From Trueperaceae bacterium (GTDB lineage: Bacteria > Deinococcota > Deinococci > Deinococcales > Trueperaceae): a stretch of DNA of 64,000 bases. The position numbers and the translations under genes are program-made. The notes under the pieces were generated by a model. The model saw only the letters and a program-made list of their open reading frames with translations, ran no database searches and had not been told where the DNA came from. Positions 19,380 through 28,995 of the stretch are shown here, in pieces (positions within the stretch are counted from its first letter, which is position 1; every line of letters starts with the position of its first letter). Location: contig OZ243927.1 in the NCBI GenBank assembly GCA_965213925.1, forward strand, positions 4,192,001 through 4,256,000, given 5' to 3'.

Positions 19380-20099
19380 ATGTTCAACCTCTTTATGCGT
19401 CTCGCCAAGATATTCCAAGTTCAAGCGGACACAGCGCTGTCTCGGCTCGAGGACCCCGTCAAGCTGAGCGAGCAGGGCGTACGCGACCTCAAAAGTAGTT
19501 TGTCAGAGGCAGTCGTCAGCCTTGCCCAAGTCAAAAGTGTCGCGATCCGGGTGCGTAAAGAAGCCGAGGATGAAAAACGTCGGTCTGAAGCATACGAACA
19601 GAAGGCTGTCGCGCTTCTCACTCGGGCTCAAAGAGGCGAGCTTGCCCTCGCCGAGTCCGACCGACTCGCCTCGGAGGTGCTCCGCCTTAAAAGTGTCGCC
19701 GACGCACGCCGCGGTACGCTCGAGGCGAATGCCAAGCAGCAGGAACAACTCGCCGCGCAACTGCAGAGCCGAATCGAGCGCCTACGCCACGACATCAGCG
19801 GTTATGAGGACGAACTCGTCACGCTCCGGGCACGCGCCGCAACAGCGCGTTCGGTCAAGCAGATTAACCAACATCTTGCTGAAGCGGAGGGCTCAGGCAC
19901 GGTAGCGATGTTGGAAAGGATGCGTGAAAAAGTCGTCTACGAAGAAGCCCTAGCCGAAGCTTACGAGCAGCTTGGTGGTACGCCCGACCTTGAACGTGAA
20001 GTTGACAACGCTCTGTCTCAAAACTCGGCGAGCGGCTTGCAGGTTGCGGACTCGCTCGCCGAGCTTAAAGCTCGGTTAGATACGAAACACAACACCTAA
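19380..20099 (+). CDS. pspA: PspA/IM30 family protein
   Basis: MFNLFMRL...LEDPVKLSEQGVRDL, coiled coil, MLERMREKV...EALAEA, LAELKARL. Confidence 0.9.
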   Translation: MFNLFMRLAKIFQVQADTALSRLEDPVKLSEQGVRDLKSSLSEAVVSLAQVKSVAIRVRKEAEDEKRRSEAYEQKAVALLTRAQRGELALAESDRLASEVLRLKSVADARRGTLEANAKQQEQLAAQLQSRIERLRHDISGYEDELVTLRARAATARSVKQINQHLAEAEGSGTVAMLERMREKVVYEEALAEAYEQLGGTPDLEREVDNALSQNSASGLQVADSLAELKARLDTKHNT

Positions 20100-20127
20100 A
20101 CGCTACTTTAACGGCGCGACCATCATC

Positions 20128-20616
20128 CTAAGCCAGCGGCTGCGCTCGCCTCTTTGCGATTCCCTCTTTGACCTCTTTCGCGATTTCAAAGTGACGGCGC
20201 TCGGCGTCCGTCTCGACGCGCAGGTTCGGCACGGGGCGCGGCTTCTTGTCCTCGCCGATCGCTACGAAGCTCATGTGCCCGATCGTGCAGAGCTTGCGCT
20301 CACCTTCTGACGGGTTCTCGCTGTAGACCTCAGTTCTAACGATCATGCTGCTGCGCCCCGCATACGCCACGCGGCTCTTCACCTCGATGATGTCGCCTAC
20401 ATAAATCGGACTGCGAAAGTCTACGGGCTCCGTCGAGGCGGTCACAGCGGGCATCCGGCAGAAGCGCCAACAGGCGATGCTCGAGTTGATATCCATCAGC
20501 TCCAGCACTCGCCCGCCGAAGAGCGTGCCGAGCGGGTTCACCTGATTGGGAAAGACGAGGTCCACCGTGCTGACCCATTCGGAGATACATACTTTTGAGT
20601 TTGAGGGCTCTGACAT
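20128..20616 (-). CDS. acyl-CoA thioesterase (YciA-like hotdog)
   Basis: VFPNQVNPLGTLFGGRVLELMD, GRSSMIV. Confidence 0.9.
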   Translation of the reverse strand: MSEPSNSKVCISEWVSTVDLVFPNQVNPLGTLFGGRVLELMDINSSIACWRFCRMPAVTASTEPVDFRSPIYVGDIIEVKSRVAYAGRSSMIVRTEVYSENPSEGERKLCTIGHMSFVAIGEDKKPRPVPNLRVETDAERRHFEIAKEVKEGIAKRRAQPLA

Positions 20617-20629
20617 GCGGTTAGTATAG

Positions 20630-21280
20630 TCAGGGAGATTCCGCCGGGATGTAAGGAGAATCGGGCGTATCGAAGTAAGGCGGCGCGACCTCACCTCTCA
20701 CTAGTTCGAACACGAAAGGAACCCAGTGGCGGTGCCCGTAATGAAGCTCAGGTAGGTCATTTTCAGCGAAGTAGTCTATCTCGAGCGCCTCAGCGCTCAC
20801 CTGCGGCTCGCCGTTCACGATTCTCGCCTCGAACATCACGTGGTAGAGCTGCGACTTGACGAGGCTGTGCCAGAGCCGCGAGTCAAACACCGCCAAGAGC
20901 CGCGTCACTTCGACCTCGCAGCCAATCTCCTCTCGCGCCTCGCGAACCGCACCTTCCGCGAGCGTCTCGCCCACGTCGGACGCGCCGCCGGGCGTCGCCC
21001 AAAGTTTCGTATCGTGGCGCTTAATAAGGAGTAAGCGGTCTTCTCTAAAAATTGCCACGTCTGTACCGGCTAGGGGAGTCTCTTGAGCGAGGTTGCCTCT
21101 AAACTGGGCTAAGACCTCTTCGGCGTCTCGGTTCTCAGCGTTGGCGATGAGCCTCGAGCCGAGTGCCAGAACGCGCTCATACCGCTCTCTGTCGTAGTCG
21201 TCTCTCGCGTAGGTCAAGCCTTGCGACGCCAGGGCGCGGAGTTCATCAACGATTTCGTAGATCGTTTTCAGCGTAGCCAT
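20630..21280 (-). CDS. NUDIX hydrolase with N-terminal Nudix_N domain
   Basis: ASQGLTYARDDYDRERY; Nudix box GG...GETLAEGAVREAREEIG. Confidence 0.9.
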   Translation of the reverse strand: MATLKTIYEIVDELRALASQGLTYARDDYDRERYERVLALGSRLIANAENRDAEEVLAQFRGNLAQETPLAGTDVAIFREDRLLLIKRHDTKLWATPGGASDVGETLAEGAVREAREEIGCEVEVTRLLAVFDSRLWHSLVKSQLYHVMFEARIVNGEPQVSAEALEIDYFAENDLPELHYGHRHWVPFVFELVRGEVAPPYFDTPDSPYIPAESP

Positions 21281-21421
21281 AACGCACGATGCACCATAGA
21301 CCGACGTCACAACTGTGTATCCTCCTGCAAAAAGTCCGCCAACCATACTTTACGTTTGAAACTATCTCACAGAAACATCAAGGTGCTCTCGTGCTTGATG
21401 TCATCATCTAAAGGAGGAACT

Positions 21422-22183
21422 GTGTATAAACATCTCTTTCTCGCAGTCCTGGCGTGCGCTCTAAGTGTAAGCGCCGCGCAGAGCGAACCCACGACGTACA
21501 GCTTCGACACAAACGTGGGGACGCTCGAGGTCACGCCGATAGGTCACGGGTCGTTGCGGCTCGAGCTAAGCGAGACCGTCATCCACGTGGACCCTTACAG
21601 CGGGGTCGCCGACTACAGCCAGCAGCCCGACGCGGATTGGGTTTGGATTACCCACGAGCACGGCGACCACCTAGACCCTGCCGCCTTGCAAGAGGTCGTC
21701 ACAGAGACGCGTTTCGTGATGGACAGCCGCTCGGCGGAGCAGTATAGCTCAGGCAGCAACGCGGAAACGGGCGGCGCACAGAGCCGCGTCACCGTCATGG
21801 CGAACGGCGACAGCTTAGAGCTAGATGGTTTCACACTGCAAGCCGTACCCGCCTAAAACATCGTGCGCGAGCCTGACGGCAGGCAAAAGTATCACCCCGA
21901 AGGCTGGTACAACGGCTACGTCTTGGAAATTGGCGACTTCCGGTTGCATATCGGTGGTGACACCGAGTGCGTGCCCGAGGTTGCCGCGTTGGAGGATATT
22001 ACGGTCTCCTTCTTGCCTACGAACTTGCCCTACACGGTGCCGCCCGAAGAGGCCGCCACATGCTACAAAGTGATGCAGCCCGAGATTGCGGTGCCCTATC
22101 ACCAGGGGGAATCGAACCCGCAAATTGTCGCCGACCTGCTTACCCCTTCAGATGTCGAGGTGCGCGTGCTGGAGTTGCCCTAG
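21422..22183 (+). pseudogene. secreted MBL-fold metallo-hydrolase with in-frame nonsense codon
   Basis: ITHEHGDHLD motif; VPA-TAA-NI at 21854-21856, where the family has VPAYN; the downstream ORF continues in the same frame (GDTE, VPYH). Confidence 0.82.
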
Positions 22184-22302
22184 ACTCGAGCTTTACGAAG
22201 TCCTTTGATCGTATTGAACGTAGTTTTTAAGTGAGACGAGCGACGCATTCAAATGGGATGCGTCGCTCTTTTGTACCTTCTGCTATGTTGTGCTTCGCTC
22301 TA

Positions 22303-22475
22303 TAGCAGTTCCATTATTCACGGCTACACCATGGATTGCGTCTGTTTCTATAAGGCTCCGCGTTTCGCAAAAGCGAAAACTACGTAGCGCGCGGGCCGCT
22401 CCCGCTAGAGACTTCGTAACCGCATCCGCTCACACGAGAAGCTGCTACCTACAGCAGCTTCTCGTGGAAATGCTA
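22303..22475. repeat. MITE-like element family C
   Basis: Terminal inverted repeats TAGCAGTTCCA / TGGAAATGCTA; internal hairpin CACGAGAAGCTGCT...AGCAGCTTCTCGTG. Confidence 0.6.
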
Positions 22476-24035
22476 TTAGTTGCCGCTCGCGTTGATGTCT
22501 CCGCGCATACTCCCCGTATGCACGCCGCAGTTGTAGCGCTGCAATTCGTCCGCGAGTTCAGGGGTCAGTGTAAAGATGATGGCGTCGTCGCTGGTTTCAA
22601 AATTCACCGCGTCGTCGTCTTCGAAGCTGCCTGTCAGCGCATTTTGAGCGAGCAAGAGGTTCTCGTCCCCTTCACCGTTCAGTTCAAAGGGATGCACGTC
22701 GCTGTTGACGCTGCTCAGATCGAACTTGTAGCGCGTGCCGACCTCGAGCTGCAATGCCGCGTTCTCCTCACCCGTCTCAGCAAAGTCGTCCGCCCCCTCA
22801 GCCGAGGTCACTTGCCACGCGGTCGTCCCGACGTTGGTGAATTTAGCGGTGACGTCCGGTTCTTCATTCTCACCGTCACCCGGTTCGCTCGGCTCTTCCG
22901 GTTCACTCGGCTGTTCACCGCTCAGTTGAGCACGCAACTCCCCGTCCTGGTAGGTCTCGCTGTGGATATTGATGTAGTAGCCGCCCGCTCTAAAGACCGC
23001 TTGCTCGTCGGTGGAGAGCCGCTGGGTGAGCGAGAAGCTGCCACCTTGCGCGTCGTCATCGGCAGAAACCTCCAAAGGAAAGGCGATAGGACCGTTTTCG
23101 CCTGCGTCGCCTACATGAATATGTGCGGGGCTGCCGTCTACGTCGTAGAGGTCGCCCTCGAGGTCGTCAAAGTCACCCGTCACACTGAGGGTGTTCCCTG
23201 CTAAAGTTACCGTCGCGCTGCCGCTCGCGCCCGTGTCCACCGGGGGAACTTCGGAGCTGCCCGCCAGTTCGACCTCGTAGGTCACATCGTCTTCGCTCGG
23301 CTGCTCGTCGCTCAGTTGCCCGCGCAGTTCGCCGCCGTTAAAGGCGTCCGTGTGGAAGTTGATGTAGCAGCCGCCCGCCTCGAGCGTGGCAATCTCGTCC
23401 ACGGTGAGGGTCTGTTCGCCCGTAAACGAACCGCTGCGCCGACCCTCGTCCAGTTTGACATTCAGCGCGAAGAAGATGTCGCCGTTCTTGCCCGCTTTGC
23501 CAAAATGGATGTGTGAGGGGCTGCCGTTAATGGGGAAGGGGTCGCCCTCAAGGTCGTAAAAGTTGCCGTTCACGGTGAGGACGTCGCCGATGAGCGTGGC
23601 GCTCGCCGTGCCGTAAGCGTCCGTCTCGATGGGCGGCACTTCGTTCTCGCCTGAGAGGACGATATTTTTGTACGTGAGCGTCTTCTCGGCGGGCGCTTCA
23701 CTCGTCCCGCTCACCTCGATGACCAAGGAGCGGTTGCGCGTGCCCCGGTTGTTGTTGGCGATGAGCATGTATTCGGTGGTCTCGGTTGGGTTTACGGTGA
23801 CACTGCTGCGCCCCGTCACGTCGCCGATGCCCGGTAAAAGGGTCAAGGTGATGGGGCTCGAGCCGCTCACCTGCCAGTTCAAAGTCGTGTTTTCACCCGC
23901 GCTGATGGTGTTCTCCAAGGCGGTAAAGGTCGCAATCGTCGGCGCGGTAAAGCGTGGCAGGGCGTCGCCGAGACCCAAATCACAGGCGGTCAGTAAGAGC
24001 GTAAGTAAGACAGTACTATAGAGTGCTCGTTTCAT
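22476..24035 (-). CDS. lipoprotein: Ig-like domain, two CHRD domains, C-terminal cupredoxin-like domain
   Basis: Lipobox LTAC; two (L)SG.NEVPP...HIH.G.AG.NG...YIN.H....GELR.QL repeats; C-terminal H...CGVHTGSM. Confidence 0.85.
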   Translation of the reverse strand: MKRALYSTVLLTLLLTACDLGLGDALPRFTAPTIATFTALENTISAGENTTLNWQVSGSSPITLTLLPGIGDVTGRSSVTVNPTETTEYMLIANNNRGTRNRSLVIEVSGTSEAPAEKTLTYKNIVLSGENEVPPIETDAYGTASATLIGDVLTVNGNFYDLEGDPFPINGSPSHIHFGKAGKNGDIFFALNVKLDEGRRSGSFTGEQTLTVDEIATLEAGGCYINFHTDAFNGGELRGQLSDEQPSEDDVTYEVELAGSSEVPPVDTGASGSATVTLAGNTLSVTGDFDDLEGDLYDVDGSPAHIHVGDAGENGPIAFPLEVSADDDAQGGSFSLTQRLSTDEQAVFRAGGYYINIHSETYQDGELRAQLSGEQPSEPEEPSEPGDGENEEPDVTAKFTNVGTTAWQVTSAEGADDFAETGEENAALQLEVGTRYKFDLSSVNSDVHPFELNGEGDENLLLAQNALTGSFEDDDAVNFETSDDAIIFTLTPELADELQRYNCGVHTGSMRGDINASGN

Positions 24036-24118
24036 CTTTTCTCCTTCTTGTTAGCTAGAACGACAAAGAGGCAGAGGGCACGGGGAGGCCGTGCGCCCTC
24101 TGCCTTGCTATTTAACGT

Positions 24119-25633
24119 TTAGTCGTCGTCTTCAGCCGTTATCGTGACCGTAACCTTCGCAGTCGCGCTGTAATTGCCGTAGTAGAAGGTGTACTCATAT
24201 TCGTCTTGCGGATAGTAAACGTCGTCATTAGGCTCGTACTCGATGTAATCGTAGTCGTCCGACACTTCAACCTTGCCGTAGAGCGGCGCTTTAGTAATCT
24301 CTACGCGAAGCTGGTCTTTAGAAACGTAGTACATGTCGTTTGCCAGTACGTCGGTCTCGACAGATTCGCCCTGTTCGGTCTGAGCGCTGTCGTCGTTCGC
24401 CTGAGGCTTTTTCTCCTCGTCAGCTTGGTTGATTTTGACCGTCACTCTTGCTGTCGCGCTGTACTCGCCATAGTAGAGGGTGTACTCGTAATAATCTTCT
24501 TGGTAGTAGGTCTCACTCGGCGTGTAGGTGATGTACTGGTAGGAGTTGAAGACCTCGGCTTTGCCGTATAGGGGCGCTTTCGTGACCTCTAAGCGAATCT
24601 CGCTCTTGTCCACGTAGTACTCGTCGTTCTCGAGCACGTCCGTATTGACTGATTCACCTTGCTTGGTCTCAGCGTTGTCGTCGTTCGCCTTGGGCTCTTT
24701 CTCCTCCTCGACCTTGTTGATGACAACAGTCACGGTCGCCGTCGCGCTATACTCACCGTAGTAGAAAGTGTACTCGAACGAATCCTCTGGGTAGTACGTC
24801 TCAGCGGGCGTGTAGGTCACGTACTCGTAGGCGTTGAAAACCTCCACCTTGCCGTACTGAGGCGCTTTGGTGATTTCGATGCGAATCTCTTCTTTGGGGA
24901 CGTAGTAGCTGTCGTTGGAGAGCACGTCGATGTTAATAGGCTCGCCCTGATCGGTGGTGGCGCGGTAGTCGCGGGCTTCGGGCTTTTGCTCCTCGCCCTG
25001 CCGGTTGATGGTTATGGTGACGGTAGCGCTGACGGCGTATTCGCCGTAGTAGAGCGTGTATTCGTAGGAGTCTTGCGGCTGATAGTCGCCGCTCGGCGTG
25101 TAGGTGATGTACTCGTAGCCGCCCACGACCTCGGTGCTGCCGTACTGCGGCGCTTTGGTGACCTCTAAGCGGACTTGGCTCTTATCGACGTAGTACTCGT
25201 CGTTCGCGAGCACGTCCGTGTTGACGGGGCTGTCCTCCTGGGTGGTGGCGGTGTCGTCAACAGCTTGCGGCTCTCTTTCAGGCTCCGGCTGCTGGTTCTC
25301 TCCGCTCACGGTGATGGTGATGCTCTGCTCGCGCGTGCCCCGGTTGTTGTTCGCGGTGAGCTTGTAGGTCGTCGTCTCGGTTGGGCTGACCGTCACGCTA
25401 CTGCGTCCGGTTACGTCGCCGGGCTCGGGCGTGAGGGTGAGGGTGACGGGACTCGAGCCGCTCACCTGCCAGGTCAGTACGGTGCTCTCGCCAGCGGCGA
25501 TAGTCTCCTCCGAGGCGGTCAAGGTCGCAATCGTAGGCGCTTCGAAGCGGGGCAGGGCGTCGCCGAGACCCAGGTCGCAAGCGGTTAATAAAAGTAGCAG
25601 GGCGGGTGTAAGGAAGCTAAGGGTGCGTTTCAT
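24119..25633 (-). CDS. lipoprotein with four tandem Tyr-rich Ig-like (Big_9/cadherin-like) repeats
   Basis: Lipobox LTAC; four ~97-aa repeats P.A.DD.A.T.Q...DVL.ND...P.YG...ITYTP...D.YEYT. Confidence 0.85.
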   Translation of the reverse strand: MKRTLSFLTPALLLLLTACDLGLGDALPRFEAPTIATLTASEETIAAGESTVLTWQVSGSSPVTLTLTPEPGDVTGRSSVTVSPTETTTYKLTANNNRGTREQSITITVSGENQQPEPEREPQAVDDTATTQEDSPVNTDVLANDEYYVDKSQVRLEVTKAPQYGSTEVVGGYEYITYTPSGDYQPQDSYEYTLYYGEYAVSATVTITINRQGEEQKPEARDYRATTDQGEPINIDVLSNDSYYVPKEEIRIEITKAPQYGKVEVFNAYEYVTYTPAETYYPEDSFEYTFYYGEYSATATVTVVINKVEEEKEPKANDDNAETKQGESVNTDVLENDEYYVDKSEIRLEVTKAPLYGKAEVFNSYQYITYTPSETYYQEDYYEYTLYYGEYSATARVTVKINQADEEKKPQANDDSAQTEQGESVETDVLANDMYYVSKDQLRVEITKAPLYGKVEVSDDYDYIEYEPNDDVYYPQDEYEYTFYYGNYSATAKVTVTITAEDDD

Positions 25634-26036
25634 TCAATCTCCTCTTTTGGAATCGGTATGCGTTTACAAAACATCTTCTTTTTTAGGCGTGACAATGCTC
25701 ACATCAAACCTCTCGCCCCCTTTCATATGAAGAAACGCACAAAAGCGCCAGGCATATGCATCCGTCACCGCGGCGCGGCGAGATTTGTGCATATCAATAG
25801 GAAAAGTGCGTCAGGAACGAAAATTTTAACGATATGTTCACTGACAAGGGTTTGAGGCTGTTAGCATTTAGCTGAAAATTCGGTGCTGATGGCGAACCGT
25901 TGAGAGCTTTATTTGCTCTTTGTGTGGTTTCTTCAGCGTGGTCTACCAGTACTAGCTGAACATTCACTTAGCGCTATAAGCCAAAAAAGAACGCCGCAGA
26001 TAGAGTTTGCGGCGTCTCCACTCGAAAGGCGGCACT

Positions 26037-27188
26037 TTAGGGCGTCTCATCTAGCATCAGCAAGGATTCGGGCTTGATGACGGTGAGTGCGCCCGACGGT
26101 GCGGGGTCAACGGCTCCTGTGAGGCTCAGCACGTCGTCGAAGCGCAGCACCGCGTCGAGCACCTTGTCACCGACGTAGAGCGCCGACCCGTCGAAGACCA
26201 GGTCGGACGGGTTGCCAAACCCCGTGTTCGGTCCGGCGAGCTGCGCCTTGACCTCCGTCTCGCCGTCAGCGCGGCTGGCGTTCTCGATGACGAAGAGCTT
26301 GCCGTCGGTATCGAACCCTGGCTCGTCAGAATCTTTAGCAGGACCGAAGTCCGCTGCGAAGAGCGTGTCTTGCTCAGGTAGATAGAGCAGCCCATGTAGG
26401 TTGGCGGAAGCAAGCTCCCCCTCCAGCGTCGGAACGATGATGCGGTCAGGTCCGCCTCGTCCGCGCGTCAGCAGATAGTCGTCGTAGACGAGGATAGCTC
26501 CGTCGGTTGCGGCGACGTAGAGACGCTGCTGCGCCGAATCAACCTCGACAGCCCAGGGCTGGCGCTCGTTCGCTGCGCCAGGGGTGGGTTGCCCCAAGTC
26601 GGTGATGTTGAAGAGCGGAGCCACGTTGCCACTCGCTTGCGTATCGAAGCCTTTGACAGTATTCGTCGCGAAGTCCGCCACGATGACCACGCCGAGTCCG
26701 CTGTCCACCGCCAAACCTTTGGGTTCGTCCAGTCCCGTCGCCGCGCCGCTGATGCGCCGGTCGCGCTCGGGGTCGAAGCCGTCAGGTTGCTCCGTGAAGT
26801 GTGGCATCGCGAGGATGCCACCGGGAGCGTCGGCGTCCGCGCCCACGTCGAAGCTGAGAAAGGCGGTGTCGGTGTCGGCGAGGCGCAGGTATTCAAAGCT
26901 CAGCACCTCACCGTCAGCGCTAAAGAGGTCGCTGCTGGTCGAGAGATCGGGCTCGAGCCTCACCACGGCAGAAGCGGGGTCAGACTCTAAAACGGCTAAG
27001 GGCGGTTTGCTCACAGCGAGAATCGTTCCTGAATCCAAGCTCGAGGCGCTCGCGCCGCCCGTATCTGCTCCCCCCGTACCCTGCGCCCAAGCACAGCTCA
27101 GGGTTAGAAGTAGCAAAAGTCCGCTCAGAAGCGGTAGAGTCGAAAACGGTAGCGTGAAGTGCGGGGCGAAGCGGTTGTGTGGAAACAT
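26037..27188 (-). CDS. secreted beta-propeller (NHL-like) protein
   Basis: Signal peptide; repeated blades GLDEPKGLAVD, QPWAVEVD, NLHGLLY, GNPSDLVFD. Confidence 0.7.
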   Translation of the reverse strand: MFPHNRFAPHFTLPFSTLPLLSGLLLLLTLSCAWAQGTGGADTGGASASSLDSGTILAVSKPPLAVLESDPASAVVRLEPDLSTSSDLFSADGEVLSFEYLRLADTDTAFLSFDVGADADAPGGILAMPHFTEQPDGFDPERDRRISGAATGLDEPKGLAVDSGLGVVIVADFATNTVKGFDTQASGNVAPLFNITDLGQPTPGAANERQPWAVEVDSAQQRLYVAATDGAILVYDDYLLTRGRGGPDRIIVPTLEGELASANLHGLLYLPEQDTLFAADFGPAKDSDEPGFDTDGKLFVIENASRADGETEVKAQLAGPNTGFGNPSDLVFDGSALYVGDKVLDAVLRFDDVLSLTGAVDPAPSGALTVIKPESLLMLDETP

Positions 27189-27314
27189 AAATTCCCCCTT
27201 AGTTGATTTGTAACGGGCTCATTCTATCCGCTCAAATCTGTGAAGACTATGAGCGTCACTGCGTGTTGGCTATCCTTTCTCTTCATCTCCTCGCCACAGC
27301 GTCCCCTATCGACC

Positions 27315-28466
27315 TCACTCGCTTGGCGCGTAGTTCAGCGTGAGCGAGTCCGTCACAACCTCGTCGCTCGCCGTCGTTGCTTGCACCTCCAGACGGTTCT
27401 CCCCACGCTCCAGCCCCGACACTGTGAACATGAAGCGCCCGCTCGAGAAGGGTGCAGTGGTGAAGCCTTGGTCGTTAAGGCGGTAACGTAGCTCGCGCAC
27501 TTCGCTCCCTACGTTGCCACGCACCACCGTGCTGTCTGCGCTCAGCGTCGCGCCGTCTTCTGGGCTCGAGACCTCGATAGGGCTCGCCGCCTGGTCGCCG
27601 CTAAGCGGAACGCTGCTTAGTGGGTCCGTGGGCTGGGGGCTGCCGCCGGGGGGCTCCACGCTCAGATAGAGGGACGCGAAGCCTTCAGTGGACACCTGAA
27701 ATACGGTGCCCTGCGAAACCTCTAAAGAGGTCAATTGCTCACCGCTCTGCGGGCTCCAGTCGTCGCTGGTGTGTCCCCAGGCTTGATAAACGCGCCCGGC
27801 TGGGGGCGGCTCCGCAAGCACGAAGAGTGCGTCGCCAGGGCGCGTGAGCGCCGCGCCGAGGCGTGCATCGGCTTCGTCGTAGAGCGTCACGCTCTGCACG
27901 TTAGGCGCAGTGAGAAAGCGCGTGAGGAGGTCTTGCTCGGCTCTCACCTGTTCCAGCGCGAGCTGCGTGCGGTAACCTTGAAACAGCCCTGCACCCGCTA
28001 ACACGAGACACGCGGCGCACGCGGCGACAAGCCAGCGTGGAAGGCGGGGTGGGCGGTCCTGAATGACTTTGGGTAAAGAGGTTGAGGGCAAAGAGGTAGA
28101 GGGCGCTGCTTGGCGCGGAGCCGCAGGGATTGAGGGTGCGGGTAAAAGGGCCACCCTTTCTCCATCTTGTACAAAATCGGCATTGTCGGAGTCTCGAGCC
28201 TCACTCAGTCCCCCCGCCTGCTCAGTGGTCTCAGGTGTTTCAGCCCGCGCCTCGCCTTTGATGCGGCTCATTAGCCTAGCTTTCGCACCTTCAGGCGGCG
28301 CGACTTCGGGCAGCGCGTCCACCCAATCCGTCAAGACATTATCGAACTGACGCACCTCTTCGCGGCACGCTTCGCACTCCTTGAGGTGCGCCTCGACCGC
28401 CGCCGCCTCATCGGGGTCTAAGAGCCCCAAGGCGTAGTCGGGTAGCTGCGCTTTAGGGTGCTTCAT
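27315..28466 (-). CDS. anti-sigma factor (ZAS + TM + RskA-like) with extra C-terminal Ig-like domain
   Basis: YALGLL...HLKECEAC zinc motif, one TM, YQAW...SVEPPGGSPQPT, then an Ig-like tail; overlaps the sigma gene. Confidence 0.87.
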   Translation of the reverse strand: MKHPKAQLPDYALGLLDPDEAAAVEAHLKECEACREEVRQFDNVLTDWVDALPEVAPPEGAKARLMSRIKGEARAETPETTEQAGGLSEARDSDNADFVQDGERVALLPAPSIPAAPRQAAPSTSLPSTSLPKVIQDRPPRLPRWLVAACAACLVLAGAGLFQGYRTQLALEQVRAEQDLLTRFLTAPNVQSVTLYDEADARLGAALTRPGDALFVLAEPPPAGRVYQAWGHTSDDWSPQSGEQLTSLEVSQGTVFQVSTEGFASLYLSVEPPGGSPQPTDPLSSVPLSGDQAASPIEVSSPEDGATLSADSTVVRGNVGSEVRELRYRLNDQGFTTAPFSSGRFMFTVSGLERGENRLEVQATTASDEVVTDSLTLNYAPSE

Positions 28467-28995
28467 GATGCTCCATGACCTCTCGTAATTTGAGGAGTGC
28501 CCGTCTAATCTTACTCCGCACTGTGCCCAGCGGTTTTTCTTTAAGTTCGGCGATTTCCGCGTAGCTGTAGCCTAAGAAGTAGGCGTGCTCGAGGAGGTCG
28601 CGCTCCTCGTCGCTTAGGCGGGCTAAACCGCGCTCGAGCCAGAGCCGCGTCGTCACATCCGCCTCCGCCACCTCGAAAGGCACGCTCGGGTCATGAACGT
28701 CCCAGGCGTCCGCCTTGAGGGGTCGGGACTGCCGCTTGCGCAGCTTTGAAAGCGCCTCGTTACGCGCCAGCGTGTAGATAAACGCCCTCGGCGAACGCTC
28801 CCAGGTGTGATAGCCCGTCTTCATGTTGAAAAGTTTGTAAAAGGTCTCTTGCAAGACCTCTTCAGCCTCCTCACGGCTGCCGATAAGCTGAAACGCCAAG
28901 GTGAATACCTTGGTGCTCAAACGGTCATAAAGTTCACTTAGGGCTGCTTCGTCACCTTGAGAGACGCGGGCGAGCAGCGCGGCTTCGGGGTCCAT
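28453..28995 (-). CDS. ECF sigma factor (SigK-like)
   Basis: GDEAALSELYDR, AEEVLQETF, ARNEAL, SYAEIA...PLGTVRSKIRRAL. Confidence 0.93.
   Translation of the reverse strand: MDPEAALLARVSQGDEAALSELYDRLSTKVFTLAFQLIGSREEAEEVLQETFYKLFNMKTGYHTWERSPRAFIYTLARNEALSKLRKRQSRPLKADAWDVHDPSVPFEVAEADVTTRLWLERGLARLSDEERDLLEHAYFLGYSYAEIAELKEKPLGTVRSKIRRALLKLREVMEHHEAP

Noticed and set aside
22290..23204. 304-aa plus-strand ORF
   Set aside because: Antisense shadow of the CHRD lipoprotein; no recognisable motifs
24119..25290. Regularly spaced DNA repeats as a possible CRISPR or DGR array
   Set aside because: The period of about 290 bp matches in-frame protein repeats; no spacers, cas genes or reverse transcriptase
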